The notes under the pieces were generated by a model, which made no database searches, was not told where the DNA came from, and saw only the letters and a list, made by a program, of their open reading frames with translations. Shown one piece after another: positions 15,301-31,662 of a stretch of 64,000 nt of DNA. Origin of the DNA: Tubiluchus corallicola (lineage: Eukaryota > Animalia > Priapulida); assembly GCA_030141605.1 (NCBI GenBank), contig JAQGDQ010000038.1:868001-932000 (forward strand), written 5' to 3'. Each line of letters starts with the position of its first letter. The stretch's first letter is position 1. Position numbers and translations under genes: made by a program.

Positions 15301-17999
15301 TGTACTACTATCGTTATCGTTATTGTTGTTAAGGTTGCTGTCATCATGATCATACTTGGCAATAATACTAAATCCCGGAGAAGTGTTCGTTTGTTATACG
15401 AAAAAGTTAACAATTTTACAATCTGGGAAATACGCTCGCTACACACTATCCAACCTATTCATAACCGCGTAATTAAAGCCTTCAGTTTATTAGCAATGAA
15501 TGATGGTGGGTAATCTGTAAGCGTCTGCCACACCTGCGCCTCAAGCAACACAATTTAACACTGGAGAAAGCTGTATTTATGTGAAAACCGCGGTAAATGC
15601 TGAATCAGCGTAACCTAAGCAGTTGTGCACATTTCAGATTCTCTGAAAACCTTAGCAATTTTTTTCATACGAGGATTGTAAGTTAAGAGCTAAGAGATAA
15701 AGGAGGCAAACATTACACAGAAACAATTAATAACCGCTATTTGAATACAGCATCGCTTGGGAATTTGTTGAGAACGTACGTGCCCGTTCGAGATATGGGA
15801 AAATTTATAATTTAAATTCTTTCATTTGTTCGACGAGGTCCAAATACAGAGGATCATGGAAAAAAATGACCTATTTATGCACATTGCACATTAAACTGGC
15901 ACATAATTTTAATAGTTTTAGCATTAATTTTCATCATCAATCAGAACACAAAGATTATAGATGGATTCATGGACGTGCTTCGCGTTTTTGTCCCAAGAAC
16001 CACGAAAAATACACATTTCGGAGCCCATTGCAAATTCCCTTTTCTGTGTAAAATTAATAACCATAAACTTCGACTACTCTCATCACATTAATAGCTGTTG
16101 GTTTTCTTTTTCCAGAAATTCTGTTATAGACAGTAGCTTATAACATAACTACAACAATTAGTTTTCTTATTTATTTATATCATCGCTATCAAAATAATTA
16201 TCATTGAAATATGGTGATAGTGAGTACAGGGGCCCCGGAATACCAGTATTTTTCATTGTACATTTGAAATAAAAACTTGAAGTTTGACCCAGGAATCTGT
16301 TTGGTTACAATCTTCGTTTTTCTCACAATTGGCAAGTTTCCGTAGCTTGACATGACATGCACAGAAGTAATTGGCAACACTAAGAAGACGTCGCTTCAAA
16401 GGATTTGCGATGAAAAAACGAAACTATAAAATTATTACAGTTGTTATAAGCCATTTTGTTAGTAGTGAGTTTGCTGTAAAAATCATTACTCGTTGTTCGT
16501 TTTTACGATCGCCAAGCGGTTTAGTGCAAAATTGTCGCTGTTGTTATTGCTGCTTTATCTTTATATTTTGCACTCGGCTTGACATTTTGTACTTCGAAAC
16601 TGTTTAAAACACACAACGTGCATATAATTATGAACAAAATGGTATGCTTTGTGTACATTGAATAACTTAAAACACTCTTCATGCAAAAGCTTGAAAAATC
16701 ATCTTGAAATTTTGTATCAATTACAATCTGTCTGATTGTGTACAGAACTTGAGTTAGCAGAACCGCTGTATAAAACTTGTAAATTTAAACTCCCGCAATG
16801 ATTGTTAGATGCGCAATTTTAACAGTAGATCGTTTGAAACACAATTAAGTTTAACTTGCGTAAACATTGAAAAAATAATCAGAGCATTCGTAGCGTATTC
16901 CTCACTAACTAAGCAAAAGTTCAAATTACTTTATTTTGTCAATAAGATAAATAAAATGTTTTGTGACCCAGTGGTGCCCACAGAGATGGTGGTACAATGA
17001 CGTTTTACCAATTGAAGCGAACATTTTATATTATTAAGAATTTTCTTTTCCAGCTACATAAGTTTTTCAAACAAAATCGAAAGTCTTTTGTTTCGAAAGT
17101 TCTCTGAGATGTACTTTAAAATTTTCCTTTCTTTCCCTTTAAGAATGAAAAGAATATTATAAAAATAATGTCGCCTTACGTACTGCTTTATAAACTAGGT
17201 TTTTTGAGATACCGCCACTATTTTGAAAAACTCTGTGAAACTGGAAATGATTATTTTACGCGCAGTTGTGTTCACCCAGAGACTTCAAAAATTCGAATCA
17301 GTTCGATAATTAATCTACTTTCATGTAAAGGAAAATAATTAATAACAAATGTGTATCTATATTCTGTAGATTGACAAACGCTTTTTCTCCTTGTCTTACG
17401 TTTATTACCGTGCGTTGCCGTTGCAGTTGCAGTTGCCGTCTCCACGCACGGACAAACGTAAATGCTACTTCACAGGCGCGTTAACAAACTCAAACACAGT
17501 GAATGTAATAGGAGAGGCTTAATTGAAACGCTACAGAGTTCAAATGAAAAATTGCGCTGGTTATGGTAATTCTATCCGACGTTTCAGTCTCAATCAGCCG
17601 GTCAGAGTTATCGAATCCTTCTTCATTTATGAACGTTACAATTGAGTTTTCACACAACATCAAAGGAAACTGCGTCCACGATACTGGCAATATTCTACGG
17701 CCATGAATCATTGAAGATGAAGCTGGAAAACGCTGCATGTGGGCGAAGCTTTATTAAAAGCAAACTTAGATGCTTTAAAAGCGTTAAAGTAAAATTAATG
17801 CGTGAAAATATGTGTAATTGTAGAAAACGGCTGCGTCATACACAAACACCACTTTGGTCGCCTTTAACTCATTAAACTAAGCATAATCTCAGCTTCCATC
17901 CCCTCTCCCGCACCATTTACATCCAGTTGTCATTTCTATGCGACTCCGGTGACTACAATAAAACATTCTTCCAGACAGCTCAAGAGTTTAAAACCCATT

Positions 18000-18067
18000 T
18001 ATGTTGTTCTTGTTGTTGTCGTTGTCGTTGCCACAGTCATTGATTCTGTTTCTGTTGCTCTCACTGT

Positions 18068-18113
<46 letters not shown>

Positions 18114-18330
18114 ATCGTCGTTGTTGTTGTTGTTGTTGTTTTTGTTGCAGTTGTTATTGTCGTCGTCATTGTGACTGCGGCTGCTGTTGCTGTTACTGCT
18201 GCTGTTGTTGTTATTGTTCTTCTTGTTGTTGTTGCTCTTGCTGCTGCTGTTGCTACTAGTGTTATTGTTATTGCTGCTGCTGTTGCTGTTGCCATCGCAA
18301 TAGTCGTGTCGTCTACTGCAGCTACTGCTG
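18000..18330. repeat. Degenerate (GTT/GCT)n microsatellite
   Basis: Direct inspection. Confidence 0.9.
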
Positions 18331-18868
18331 CGATAAAAAACTTGGCTTTTCTAACAGATCGCATATGCCTTACAAATTATTAAACAATATTAACATAAGA
18401 AACTTTCACAAGATATCAGAAAATCTTCCATCCTCGTTACTGTGTTTCATGAGTTCCCACTCTTTCTATTCCTTTGGACGCCCAAGATGTGTACAGTTGT
18501 GCAATTTCCTGTTAAGGATTTACATTAACAGTTGTTATCTGCACTGACCATCCTTCAAAAACCTCCTCATACGATGATACGGTTAATTCAACTGTGAAAG
18601 GTTGATTATTCCGCAGCTCTGTGGCTCATACAATAGTAGTGAATCTAGCAAAGTCGAAACTACTAACAGCCAGAAGGCGATTTAGAAAGAAGTCGGCTTT
18701 TGCTTTAACTTACGAGACAGAAGAAAAAAATTGTGCAAAAAGCGAAAAATAAGGTTCATTTTTCTTGCAGTTGAGTTTTCTTGCTTATCTGCTCACAAAA
18801 AAGTTGTATCGTCCCTAAAATAAAAACTGCGCGTGAGGTTTGGGCATTTTCAAACCTTTAACATTGGT

Positions 18869-18919
<51 letters not shown>

Positions 18920-19126
18920 TGCGTGTGTGTGTGTGTGTGTTTGTGTGTGCGTGTGTCAAATGTTATGTGAGATAAATGAGATTAACTTGGTTTATAGGAT
19001 TTGGCACATGGATATGGGATATGGCATTTTTTACTGACGTGAAGATCGCAGTTTTCTAGTCCAGCAGCAGATATGACGTCACAGTCGTCATAAACGGTTT
19101 AAGCCGATTTTAAAATGGAAGTTAAA

Positions 19127-19320
19127 GGCTCTGTGGCCGAGTGCCTTTGTTTGCCGATCCAGAGATTGGCAGTTCGAATACCACTCACATCGGAATTTTT
19201 CAAGCCATTTACCGCTCAAACAGGACTTTCTAGCAGGCATTCCTGTACTTGCTTAGGGTTAATCCACAATTCTTCAGCGCAGTAATTCTTAAAAATAAAC
19301 CGCAATGGTTTATAAACACT
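19127..19320 (+). mobile_element. tRNA-derived SINE remnant
   Basis: A-box-like tggccgagtg and B-box gttcgaatacc at tRNA-like spacing. No foldable cloverleaf. Confidence 0.45.
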
Positions 19321-20064
19321 GGCAACCACAGTCATATTCTAACTAATTAATGAATTTGCTTTCAGCTTTAAATTTTCATTTAATCTGGAATGTTGAATAT
19401 TAGACTTGTGTGATGAGCGTGAAAAGAAACAATGCTAATGTCAAAATTATCACATTTTCTTGCCTATACACTTTTTGAGTCTGTAAAGCGTTCATAAAGT
19501 TTCTCGCCGGGTTTAATCTGTATTTCACTTCTGAATATTTTACTGCTTGTTTTGTAACACACTGTAGCTTTTAGGGTGATAGCATCCACAATTCACCAAA
19601 ACGTATATAGCAGTTTATAATGTCATCCCATCCCAAACAATTTTAAAGTTCCGCGAACAGTTCAAGTTTGACTCGTTTAAAGTTCTAGAAACACTTTAGC
19701 GTGATAGAACGAGCTTTGGAAATGGAGAAACGTGTAGATGCATGTGTAAATTGCGCTTATATTTCATTCTTACAAGTTTGGAGAATTTATTTTATTGCTG
19801 TTAACTTACATGCGCACGAATGATGCGTGGGTTCTGCCGTAAGGGTTAATGCCAAAGGAAAAGAACAAAACTGAGTAAAAATGAATTGCAAAAGGAGAAG
19901 TAAAATGTGGAAAAGACAGTGAAAAGACCAAAGAGGTTCCAGGTATACAAACATTTTACATGGTTGAGAACTTCTTTTATAAGGACATAGACAGTCAGGA
20001 AGAGCAAAAGGGGAGATATAAAGGGGACTTGTGTTAAGATATTTATTTATGTTATTATTATTAT

Positions 20065-20848
20065 TAAGCAAATCCCCGCAAAAGATTTTGCGTAAAAAAC
20101 CACGTGTAATCAATAATACGCGAACATCCTACCTAGTCCTCATTTATAACACAAAGCCCGTAACATCATGCCTACTGTTTGCTTAACTAACGCAAAGCCT
20201 GTAGCTTTACCTAATTAAAGCTATAAGCAGAGTAGAGTACAATGGATGACGTCACTACAATGGTTTTGCGTCAGCAATTTTCTAAGCGAAAATTGCCGAA
20301 AATAGAACTCCTAATTAACTCGTCGATACTCCTCTCGGTGGACCTGCCCTAACATATAGCTCACATCATCGTGTAGCCCCGTTCTTCCTCTTTCTAAAGA
20401 GCCCCATATCTCCTTCCTAGAGTCCCACCGGGCGACGCTGGAACGTTTTTCCCGCATGCTGTTTGGTCAAAATTTCGAAAAAATCGCGAGTTGGGTTCGG
20501 GAAAACGCCTGTTGCGGGACGCCGTGACCCTCTCGCGAATTCTAAATAGGGCTATGACACCCACCGCTGAACGGGCTATCTATCCATACCCAGCATCACC
20601 CTCGACCCGTTCCCGTTCTCTACATCTCAGCCGTATAACTTTTGCAAAAAACGGCCGAAAAATGGCCATTTTTGGAGGTTTTTCGCCCGCCGTTCCTCCC
20701 GGTGGGCCCGATTCGAAAAATAAACCCCCAATGAGACGACACTAGATCGAGACCTTTCGTTTGATATATAGATCGCCGCAAATGGTGCCCTCGTCGAAGC
20801 TGTAGCCTCGAATCTTATATATATATATATATACCAAGAATATTAATA
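20065..20848 (-). mobile_element. Non-autonomous Helitron, copy 1
   Basis: Highly similar to 20849-21671 and 22809-23614. Subterminal hairpin cgcaaaa-ga-ttttgcg at 20077-20092 near the minus-strand 3' end. The last few 5'-terminal bases are missing. Confidence 0.75.
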
Positions 20849-21671
20849 CTAGCAAAGGCCCCGCAAAAGATTTTTCGTATAAATACACGTGTAATCAATA
20901 ATACGCAAACGTCCTACCAAGTCCTCATTTATAACACAAAGCCCGTAATATCCTGCCTACTTACCTAACGCAAAACCTGTACTCGTGCCTACTGTATGTT
21001 TAACTAACGCAAAGCAGCTTTTTGCTGAATTAAAGCTATAAGCAATAATGGATGACGTCAGCACAATGGAATTCGTCACAACAGTTTTCTAAGCGAAAAT
21101 TGCCGAAAATGGAACCTCTAATTAACTCGCCAGTACTCCTCTCGGTGGACATGCCCTAAAATATAACCTACATCATCGTGTAGCCCTGTCCTTCCTCTTT
21201 GTAAAGAGCTATATATCTCCTTCCGAGAGTCCCACCGGGCGCCGCTAGAGCGTTTTTCCCGCAGGCTGTTTGGTCAAAATTTCGAAAAAATCGCGAGTTG
21301 GGTCCGGGAAAACGCCCGTTGCGGGACGCCGTGGCCCTCTCGGGAATTCTAAATATGCCTACTACACCTACCGCTGAACGGGCTATCTATCCATACCCAG
21401 CACCCCCCTCGGCCCGTTCCCGTTCTCTACATCTCAGCCGTATAACTTTTGCAATTTTTTGCAAAAACGGCCGAAAAACGGCCATTTTGGGAGGTTTTTC
21501 GCCCCCCGTTCCTCCCGGTGGGCCCGATTCGAAAAATAAACCATCAATGGCACGACACTAGATCGAGACCTTTCGTTTGATATATAGATCGCCGCAAATG
21601 GTGCCCTCGTCCGGGCTGTAGCCTCGAATCTTATATATTAAGATACCAAGAATATTAATATAAGAGATAGA
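20849..21671 (-). mobile_element. Non-autonomous Helitron, copy 2
   Basis: Minus strand starts TCTATCTCTTATATT (21671) and ends ...CCTTTGCTAG (20849), with a degenerate hairpin about 10 nt before CTAG. These are canonical TC...CTRR Helitron ends with no TSD. Confidence 0.8.
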
Positions 21672-22650
21672 CTAGCCAAACCCCACAAAAAGAATTTTGT
21701 GCACAAATCAACACAAAACCCACACCACACCACTCCACCTCATCACACCACACTGCACCACACCATACCACTCCACCACATCACACCACACAGCACCACA
21801 CCATAACACCACACCACCCACCCACCTACACACCACACCACCCACACCACACCATACCACCTACACACCACACCACCCACACCATACCACTCCACCACAT
21901 CACACCACACTGCACCACACCATACCACTGTACCACCCACACACCACACCACACCACCCACACCATAATACTCCACCACATCACACCGCACAGCACCACA
22001 CCATAACACCACACCATAACACCACACTGCACCACACCACCCACCCACCTACACACCACACTGCACCACACCATACCGCTGCAGCACACCGCACCACCCA
22101 CACCATACGACTCCACCACATCACACCACACTGCACCACACCATACCACTGCACCGCACCACCCACACACCACACCACACCACCCACACCATAATACTCC
22201 ACCACATCACACCGCACAGCACCACACCATAACACCACACTGCACCACACCACCCACCCACTACACACCACACCACCCACACCATACCACTCCACCACAT
22301 CACACCACACCGCACCACAACATACCACTGCAGCACACCGCACAACCCACATACCACACCACACCAACCACACCATACGACTCCACCACATCACACCACA
22401 CTGCACCACACCATACCACTGCACCACACCACACCGCACCACCCACACACCACACCACCCACACCATAATACTCCACCACATCACACCGCACTGCACCAC
22501 ACCATAACACCACACCACACCACAACACCCACCCACACACCACGCCACCCACTCCATACCACACTACCCACACCACACCCCACACACCCTATCACCCCAC
22601 CACACCATCCATAGCACAACACACAAAGCACACCACCACCACACCACATC
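21672..22650. repeat. CACAC/CACCA-rich complex minisatellite starting with a Helitron-like 3' end
   Basis: Recurrent higher-order blocks such as ctccaccacatcacaccacactgcaccacaccataccac. Preceded by ctag at 21672 and a hairpin at 21684-21701. Confidence 0.85.
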
Positions 22651-22808
22651 AAATCCACCACCTCACGTGGTGATCATGATGTTGATGATGATGATGATGG
22701 TGGCAACGATGACAACACCTATAGCACAAGCACCAACAGCACAGCATTACAACAAAACCATTCCAAACATTTTTCACAAAGTTGAAACTATGTGCTATAA
22801 TATAATAA

Positions 22809-23750
<942 letters not shown>

Positions 23751-25610
23751 ATAATGTGGTTTATAGAATTTGCTTAACTTCATATAATTACAATGACACC
23801 TCGAGAACATCAGTTAAAAACTATAATACTGAGTGATTTAAGATTGAAATTCACGGGCGAGACCGTGTACTCGATGTTAGTGATGACAAATCCATGTGTA
23901 TTACCATCCTTATCACTTGACTATGCCTGCTCCAGTACGACATAATTATAAGTGACTAACCGGTATGTAGTGTGCAGTATGCTCAGTAATAAACCTTTTC
24001 ACAGTTTAGCTATGCGCAGTTGCTGTAGGTCAAGGGTTAAATCTACCACAGCGACGCGTCTTAACTACTTGCGGATAAAACAAAGCTGTCTGCCGCATTA
24101 GTTTAGTAACGTCAGTTGTTCTACGTAGACTTTACATAGAGTGATTTACTAGCAGGATCTTGCTTGGGAACAAGAAAAAATAAACTAAGTAGATTCAAGC
24201 TAGCTGTTAAAACATATTAAAACTGTTACTATTACAACAGCATGGGTCTTGACTTAACTCTTGACCTTTTCACGATCATCATCGATCGATGAAACTATGA
24301 AAAGCTTATTCGGTTTACTCCTGTGTGACTGAGTTTGCCCTAATTTCATATTTGGCCCCTATTTCAGGCATTCAAACCGATATAAACCTTTTTAAATATA
24401 TCGTTGTTTGAACTCCTACCTGTGACTGTACGTGCTGTAGTTTGCGAGTTAAACAATATTGAGAATCGATGCCTAAACCTCGACGCCTTACGAAACACCA
24501 CCAACAATAACAACAACAACAACAACAAGAATAAAGGTCAGCGTAGTCCTCTTAAATCCGTGATGCTCCCGAGTAAAGATGCATGTAGAGAAAATGAATT
24601 GCATTCATTTTCTTATTCTCTTAAATAGACACATTTATTCTCTTATTCTTACGCGGTTGTGCATGATCACGCGGGCATTATAGAGAAATATCACATCTCT
24701 TATTAATTCCATAATATGTCTACTTGAAAGCTTGGTAAACATTACCCTGTTATAAAGCTTACAGCTTCACCGCTGAGTCAAGCAATAATTTCACACTTGT
24801 TTGCGTTGTGAATTATATCTAATTACCGGCAGAGCAGAGATTTTTCATCTAGTTAAGTACCACGTTTCTCCTGCATAAACTCTTTTAAATTATTTCTACT
24901 TTTATTCTTGACGGTTTGAGAGTAGAAATCTGTGAAACCATTTAAGTTTTCTCAAGAATCAGAAATACATTTCCGTAATTGTAGCACTTAAAGCAATACA
25001 CAAGGTAATACATCCGCCTGGCCGGGGTAACATTTATAAACCTCTGTTGGTTTCTGTATCTCTGGGCTGAAACATAACGGAAAAGAATACTGAAGAAAGA
25101 TCGATCTAGTAAATTAATTTCTATTTTGAAGTACATTTGTAGCCAAGCATGTAAAAAATGCCAATTTGATAACAAGTAACTTAACGCCATTGTTAACTCT
25201 TTTAAAAGTCAACAAACCATCATACAACTTATAGAATGTATTGATTTTTACTTTTAAACGCGTAATTTGTAAAACCTTTACATTAGAATCCTATTTCGCT
25301 CGATGTGCAGGCGGAATTTGTTCAAACGGTGAGCCTAATCGAATTATTTGGCTGAGCTTTACCCAAGCACATCAGTTGCATGAAACGTCGCCGCTTTAGG
25401 GTACTCCGAATTGCAATAGCAAACACTAACCGCTAATGCTTTCCTCCCCCTAGTGTATCAATTTCCACTTTGCTCATTGAAATACAGTGATCAGTTCTAG
25501 CTTATAAACCCAAGCTGTGCGGAGAATGCGACAAATTGTCTCGCGGCGCGTGTAGAGTTTTGTTGATGTGCTTCACACAGTCTCACAGTAACGCACAAGT
25601 CTATGAAAGC

Positions 25611-25630
25611 CACACACACGCACGCACGCA

Positions 25631-25715
<85 letters not shown>
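25611..25715. repeat. (CA)n microsatellite
   Basis: Direct inspection. Confidence 0.95.
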
Positions 25716-25716
<1 letters not shown>

Positions 25717-26325
25717 ATTAGTTTCCTTTACATAATTAACAATTAATCCAATAATGCTTTGATTTTGATGTTGCTAAAATCATAATCCCCGAGCAGCTGA
25801 GTCTAAAAGAGAGCCCACACGCTGATTTCATCATCATCTTAGGCATCAGGTCATAACATTGAATAATATAGTGGTCAAATCTATAGTACCTAGAGTCATG
25901 AAACTTGTATGGTAGACACCAGGAGTATAGGACGAGACAGTTCTAAGCTTAAGCGAGCAGAGATCGTTTAACAGCTCGTGATAGAAGCCAAATTTTGTGC
26001 CTCTTGTGGTTCGTTTTTGCTGCGTATTTTAGATTTAGATTCGATTTATTTCTGACAAAAATCAATGTACATTCGATGACGCGAAACAATAATTACGAAA
26101 TGACATGCCAAGAAAACTAATTGCTTACAATAAAATGCTTCAATGTGCGCTGAAAGAAAATCTTGTAAGCACAAGATTGCTAGTGAGAAAGGGTAAGGCA
26201 AAACAAGGCAGGGTTTGAAATTAGGATGTGTATACAGGTCCAAGTTTGTCAACGGCGGTTAAGTAACGTAACATGCACGTTATATGCAAGAAATCTGGCG
26301 AGGTTAAATACATTACATTATTTGC

Positions 26326-26680
<355 letters not shown>

Positions 26681-26699
26681 TATAATACATGCTGCTTGT

Positions 26700-27290
26700 C
26701 TAAATACATATAAGCTATATACATTACATTATTTATACGTACATAATACATTATACATTATACAACTGCTTATCAAAATATACATAACAGACAACAATGC
26801 CGAACACAATGCCTGATAGTTGACAAAGACATACATTAATACATATATTATATATTAACAAAATAGACAGAAAACACACAAAAAACACCAGTAGTCAATA
26901 GTTAGTGAACAAATAATTTTTCATTTCTTTTTTAAATTTGTAAATTGAGCGAATTTGTTTTACAGCTACAGGGAGAGATTTTCAGATTTTAGGTGCAGTC
27001 ATGCTTATAAAGTGTTTCATTGTATTGGTTCTACAGGGCGGTATGATGCATTCAATGAATCTGGTGTTATGGACCTCGTGGTTTAAACTCATTGGATCTG
27101 CAGAGAAATTAGAGAACAGTGTGTTATGGATTTTATACATAAAGATATAAACATTAAGACACGAGATCGTATTCTTAACTTTATTAATGATTTTTTGCGT
27201 TTCGTTCAGGCATGGATTGTTTTTTGTTGTGCATTCTGTGATTTTTCAGTGTTGTATTCTATTGTAAAGAAAACAAAAAATAGTTTTTAG
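26700..27290 (-). mobile_element. L2/Crack-like LINE 3' fragment
   Basis: Minus strand reads HNTRFIECIIPPCRTNTMKHFISMTAPKI*KSLPVAVKQIRSIYKFKKEMK, a typical L2-group ORF2 C-terminus. Confidence 0.65.
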
Positions 27291-27483
27291 TAAGTCCTCA
27301 GTGGCCGGTTATCGCCTAATTGAAAGGTTGTGCTGCTTTTTATTTATTTATTTTTTATTTAGCAAAGAGCTTTAGACTAACTTAGTAAATAAAACTCTAG
27401 CTTTTGCAAGGCGATATAAAATGATACACTTGCAGTTGAGATGTGCAGCTTAATACACACACCCACACCCACACCCACACCCA

Positions 27484-27514
<31 letters not shown>

Positions 27515-30500
27515 GCATGCACGCACGCGCACACACGCACACACGCACACCGAGACGCTCACATGCCTATACGCCATTTACTGCGGCTCCCAAAAGAAGT
27601 TTAACTGTTACGTTAGCATTAAGTGTCTTTGTTAATGGTTAAAGACATCGAAAACGCAGAGAAACTAAAATTTTAGCAGCAGTGATAATTTATCCTGTTA
27701 ACTTCTGTTGGCTGATTTGCTTCTTCGTTTGCTGATTATTACGCTCAAATATAATATTATTGATCGTAACAAAGATAGAAATAGTTCCTGTCAAATATAT
27801 ATTCCAGTATATGTTTTTCCCACATTTTATAAGACTGTCATAAACACAGTTATTTGTTTATTTGTTCATTTGGGATAAAATTAAAACACTACTAATTATA
27901 TAAAAACATATATGTTTGTCTTATACTGCATTTACTCTTATACTTATGACCCTTTTACTCCATTTTCCCCCACTTACACAAGAGTGCTAGAAAACGTATG
28001 CCTCGAAAGCAAGTTACGTTTCATAATTGACATGCAAGCAGAATGATTGCTGAGTTCACAAAACTTTGATATGCGCATGAATTGCACGCAAGAACGTGAG
28101 TAGACTGAATAGCACAAGTTTATTTCTTGCTTTACACATTCAACACAGGTAAAGCTGGCTGTCTTTGTTCTGAAGGGAATATCTTGCATTAGAACATAAT
28201 GTAGTCCATTACTAGTGCCATGTGTACATGTAATGAACTGGAATAATGCACGCTTCGCCTTCATTTGGCTAATTGCGAGCTTAAACTGAAAATGGATGGC
28301 TAAAGCTGGACGCCTGTTGAGAAGACGTTTGCTGGCTGGCTTCATCAAGTAGTTTTGCACCTGACACTTATTGTTGCGTCACCGCTTTTTCATTATCGTA
28401 CTAGTATTTAGCAAACAACAATGCTATAAGGCTAGGGTAAAAAGCAAAATGAGCAAATAATGAATAATAATTTAATGAATTTGCCTCATAAATCAAAGAA
28501 TATTGTTGGCATTTGAGGGCGTCTAGTGTCTAACAATTTTCCTTGGACTAGATAGTTGACTCAGTGACTGTCCAAGCGTTCTTTGAACCAAGAAACTGTA
28601 GTTGTTTCTACTACATACCCTAGAAGTTAATTCATCTATGGAAATATGGCTGTAAGAATAAATTTGATTATTTAAAAGCGCTTTAACAAATTTTTCTTGG
28701 GATCGATGGTATTTGTAAGCAAAATCAAAATCGAATGCTCGTTTCATATTATTGTTTTTTAACTGAGCTGTATTAAGGAAATGTAAAACACAACAGTCTG
28801 TTTCATCAAAGCTTTAATAGATTCGATATCTATAAGTACACACATCAATCACAAGTCTGTCTTAACAAAGCCATGACTGAATTCTATGCCATACTAACTT
28901 ATCTTACTCTCACTTAATTGTACATATTCACATTTCCTGACTAATCTTGTTAATTAATGTAACTCTTGTTCACTTGTTGATTTGTTTGATGTAATTGTCC
29001 CACGAGTGCGAATAAAATGATATATATATATATATATATACCGGGTAGCGCAAAAAATGTGCCGAAGAAAATAGTTGATCGCGATATTATAAAAAGAAAA
29101 CAAGAATAAGAAGTGAAAAATTGTTTGAAAATTATCGCACTGATGTTCCCGACGTTCATGTTTGGAAACCAAAAATTTTATATCAGTCGCTTAAAGATAC
29201 AGAAATTTTAAATCAACAAATCAAACAACTAAATGTCGGAGAAAAAATCTTTCGGTATTGTTAAAATTTATATTTAATTTTATGGCGCTCTGTGTATCCA
29301 CCATTTTCACTGCAAACAAAACGCAGGCATTTCTTCCAACAGTTGATATAGTCCCTCACTTCCTTAAGGAGTACATTTGGTCCCAATACTTAACAATCTT
29401 TTAATACTGTGTTTTATTGATGGCTATAACTGAAATTAACTGACTACCTCATTTGATTTTTTAACAAGCAAATTTTTTAGACATAACTGAAAAGCCACTA
29501 AAACTACACAGCCTAACTTAATTATTACAATAAGCTAAGCAATTTCAACTTTGCATGGTACTTCCTTCTAATACTATTGTATTCTAAATTTCGGTGCATT
29601 TTTTCTGCACCACCCAATAAAGCCACTACCAGAGTACGTCTAAGAGAAACAGCTGTAGTTCAAAGCACGCTTGGATAATCAATAAGTCAACTACAAGTGG
29701 GAGTATCTTAGACACTACAGGTGTTCATGCTTCTTTGATTTATGATACAAATGATACTAAAAGTAACCACATCGTAACGTAAAATGTATAACGAAAATTT
29801 AGAGTGCGTGTAAAATGAATCATGTTTAATCTTAATCCATCCTGCCAGCTAAAGAGTTTGCCAAAACTCATCATTAACGTTTAGCCTTGGAAAATGTGTA
29901 TCAAGAAGCCATTAGTATAAAATAATACATGTAAATGAAAAACTAGGCGTTCAAACTTCACAGAAGTTCTTCGGGCGGACAACAGCTGAGCCTGAGCTAC
30001 AAAAGAGTAATGCATGACAAGCTAATGCAGATAGGGGTAATACTATTAATTGTCATAATCTTAAAGTAAATTACCCACCTTCAGTCTCCCTTTTCAGTTT
30101 CCTAAGAACCCTAGGTTATGTAGTGGTGGTAATTACGATGATGATGATGAGGAGGAGGATGAGAATTAGTTTACTTTAAACTTTCTTTATTTAAAGTGGA
30201 TTTACCATATACAAGTATACCCACGGTGCAAATGTTAAGTGCAAAGTGCTAATCAACGAATATTAGCTATCACAACTAATGTTGCGCTTCATTTTATAAA
30301 ACAATTGGCTCAATTATAATCCGGATATAATAATGAAACTTGTATACATGAACAGTTTACGAGTTAATTCATAAAGAGAACGTTTAAAAACAACAGTAAG
30401 TTGGCTATTTAATCATTTAATAGTAAATTTCTTTTGTACTGTAATGTGAGAGATCGATTTAATAAATTTTGGAGAATAAAGCAAGAATGATGGCCAGTTT

Positions 30501-30799
30501 TGAATTTTTCGAATACGTTTCTGTAAGATACTACAGAAATATAATTTTGTAAAGATTCACGTGTTACAATCTGGTGATTGATTAGGTCATCTTACAATGC
30601 CGTTGTAACTCTATCATATTTTACGCATTCAAAAAAGTAGTGGTAAGAACTTTCTGTAAATTCGAGAATTCTCAATTAAGTTACCAATAAGAAGATCTCC
30701 TTTAAACTGAGAAAAATCCGAAATGACCCCACCAGTAAGTAATTCATTTACCTGATCATTACTGTATTGACAACATAATATTTTCGCGGAGAGAATCTA

Positions 30800-31480
30800 C
30801 AAGTTAGCTATTTTGTTTTTGAAGCAAATTGAGAAGCTACAGATTTCTCTAACTTCTTTGGGTAAAGAGTTCCATATTATTATGCCTTTTTTAAAAAAAA
30901 ACTGCTGTGCAATTGTTTTGGGGGCTTTAAAGGGGAGAGATCACGGGTGAGATAATATTCTACATTTCAGCGAAAGTCATTTGTTATTTCAACTAAATAA
31001 TCTAGAACTTGATGATAAAATATTTTTCTAGACTAGAAAGAGCCCAGCTCTGCCTTTCAAGGAGCGAGGTCGTAAGGTTTGTTTGACTAGTATCATTAAT
31101 GGCACCGGATGTTACTAACATAACAAGGAATTGAACTTGTTCTATCTTCAAAAAAATTGCCAGAGTACAAGTTTGACATATTCAACTTCTGGTCTTACAT
31201 ATGCTTTATAAAAATGGCTAAATTATAAGAATTTGTTTTGAGTAAATAAATTGAACGACATATTTTGTAGGTTTTTGTTCATCATAATTAACTTGGAAGT
31301 TCCCTTTTAGCGCGGAATCGAATATAAATCTCACGTGTTTGACTGCATTGACCACTTCAGCTTCAGTATCGCCAACGACGAGACTATTTAGTACTGATGA
31401 CAATCTTTCGCGTAGATATAAAATTGATTTTGTTTTTTGGACATTAATGGAACGGAATACTTTTAATTTTCTATATCTCG
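30800..31480 (-). mobile_element. CR1/L2-like LINE fragment
   Basis: Minus strand YKAYVRPEVEY and IIIWNSLPKEV motifs. Confidence 0.6.
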
Positions 31481-31506
31481 ATTCAAATTTTTAATACTTA
31501 CTTAAA

Positions 31507-31662
<156 letters not shown>

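Noticed and set aside
19127-19200. Possible tRNA gene (also ~39700, ~47270, ~63660)
   Set aside because: Only A/B-box-like remnants are present and there is no cloverleaf; better explained as SINE debris.
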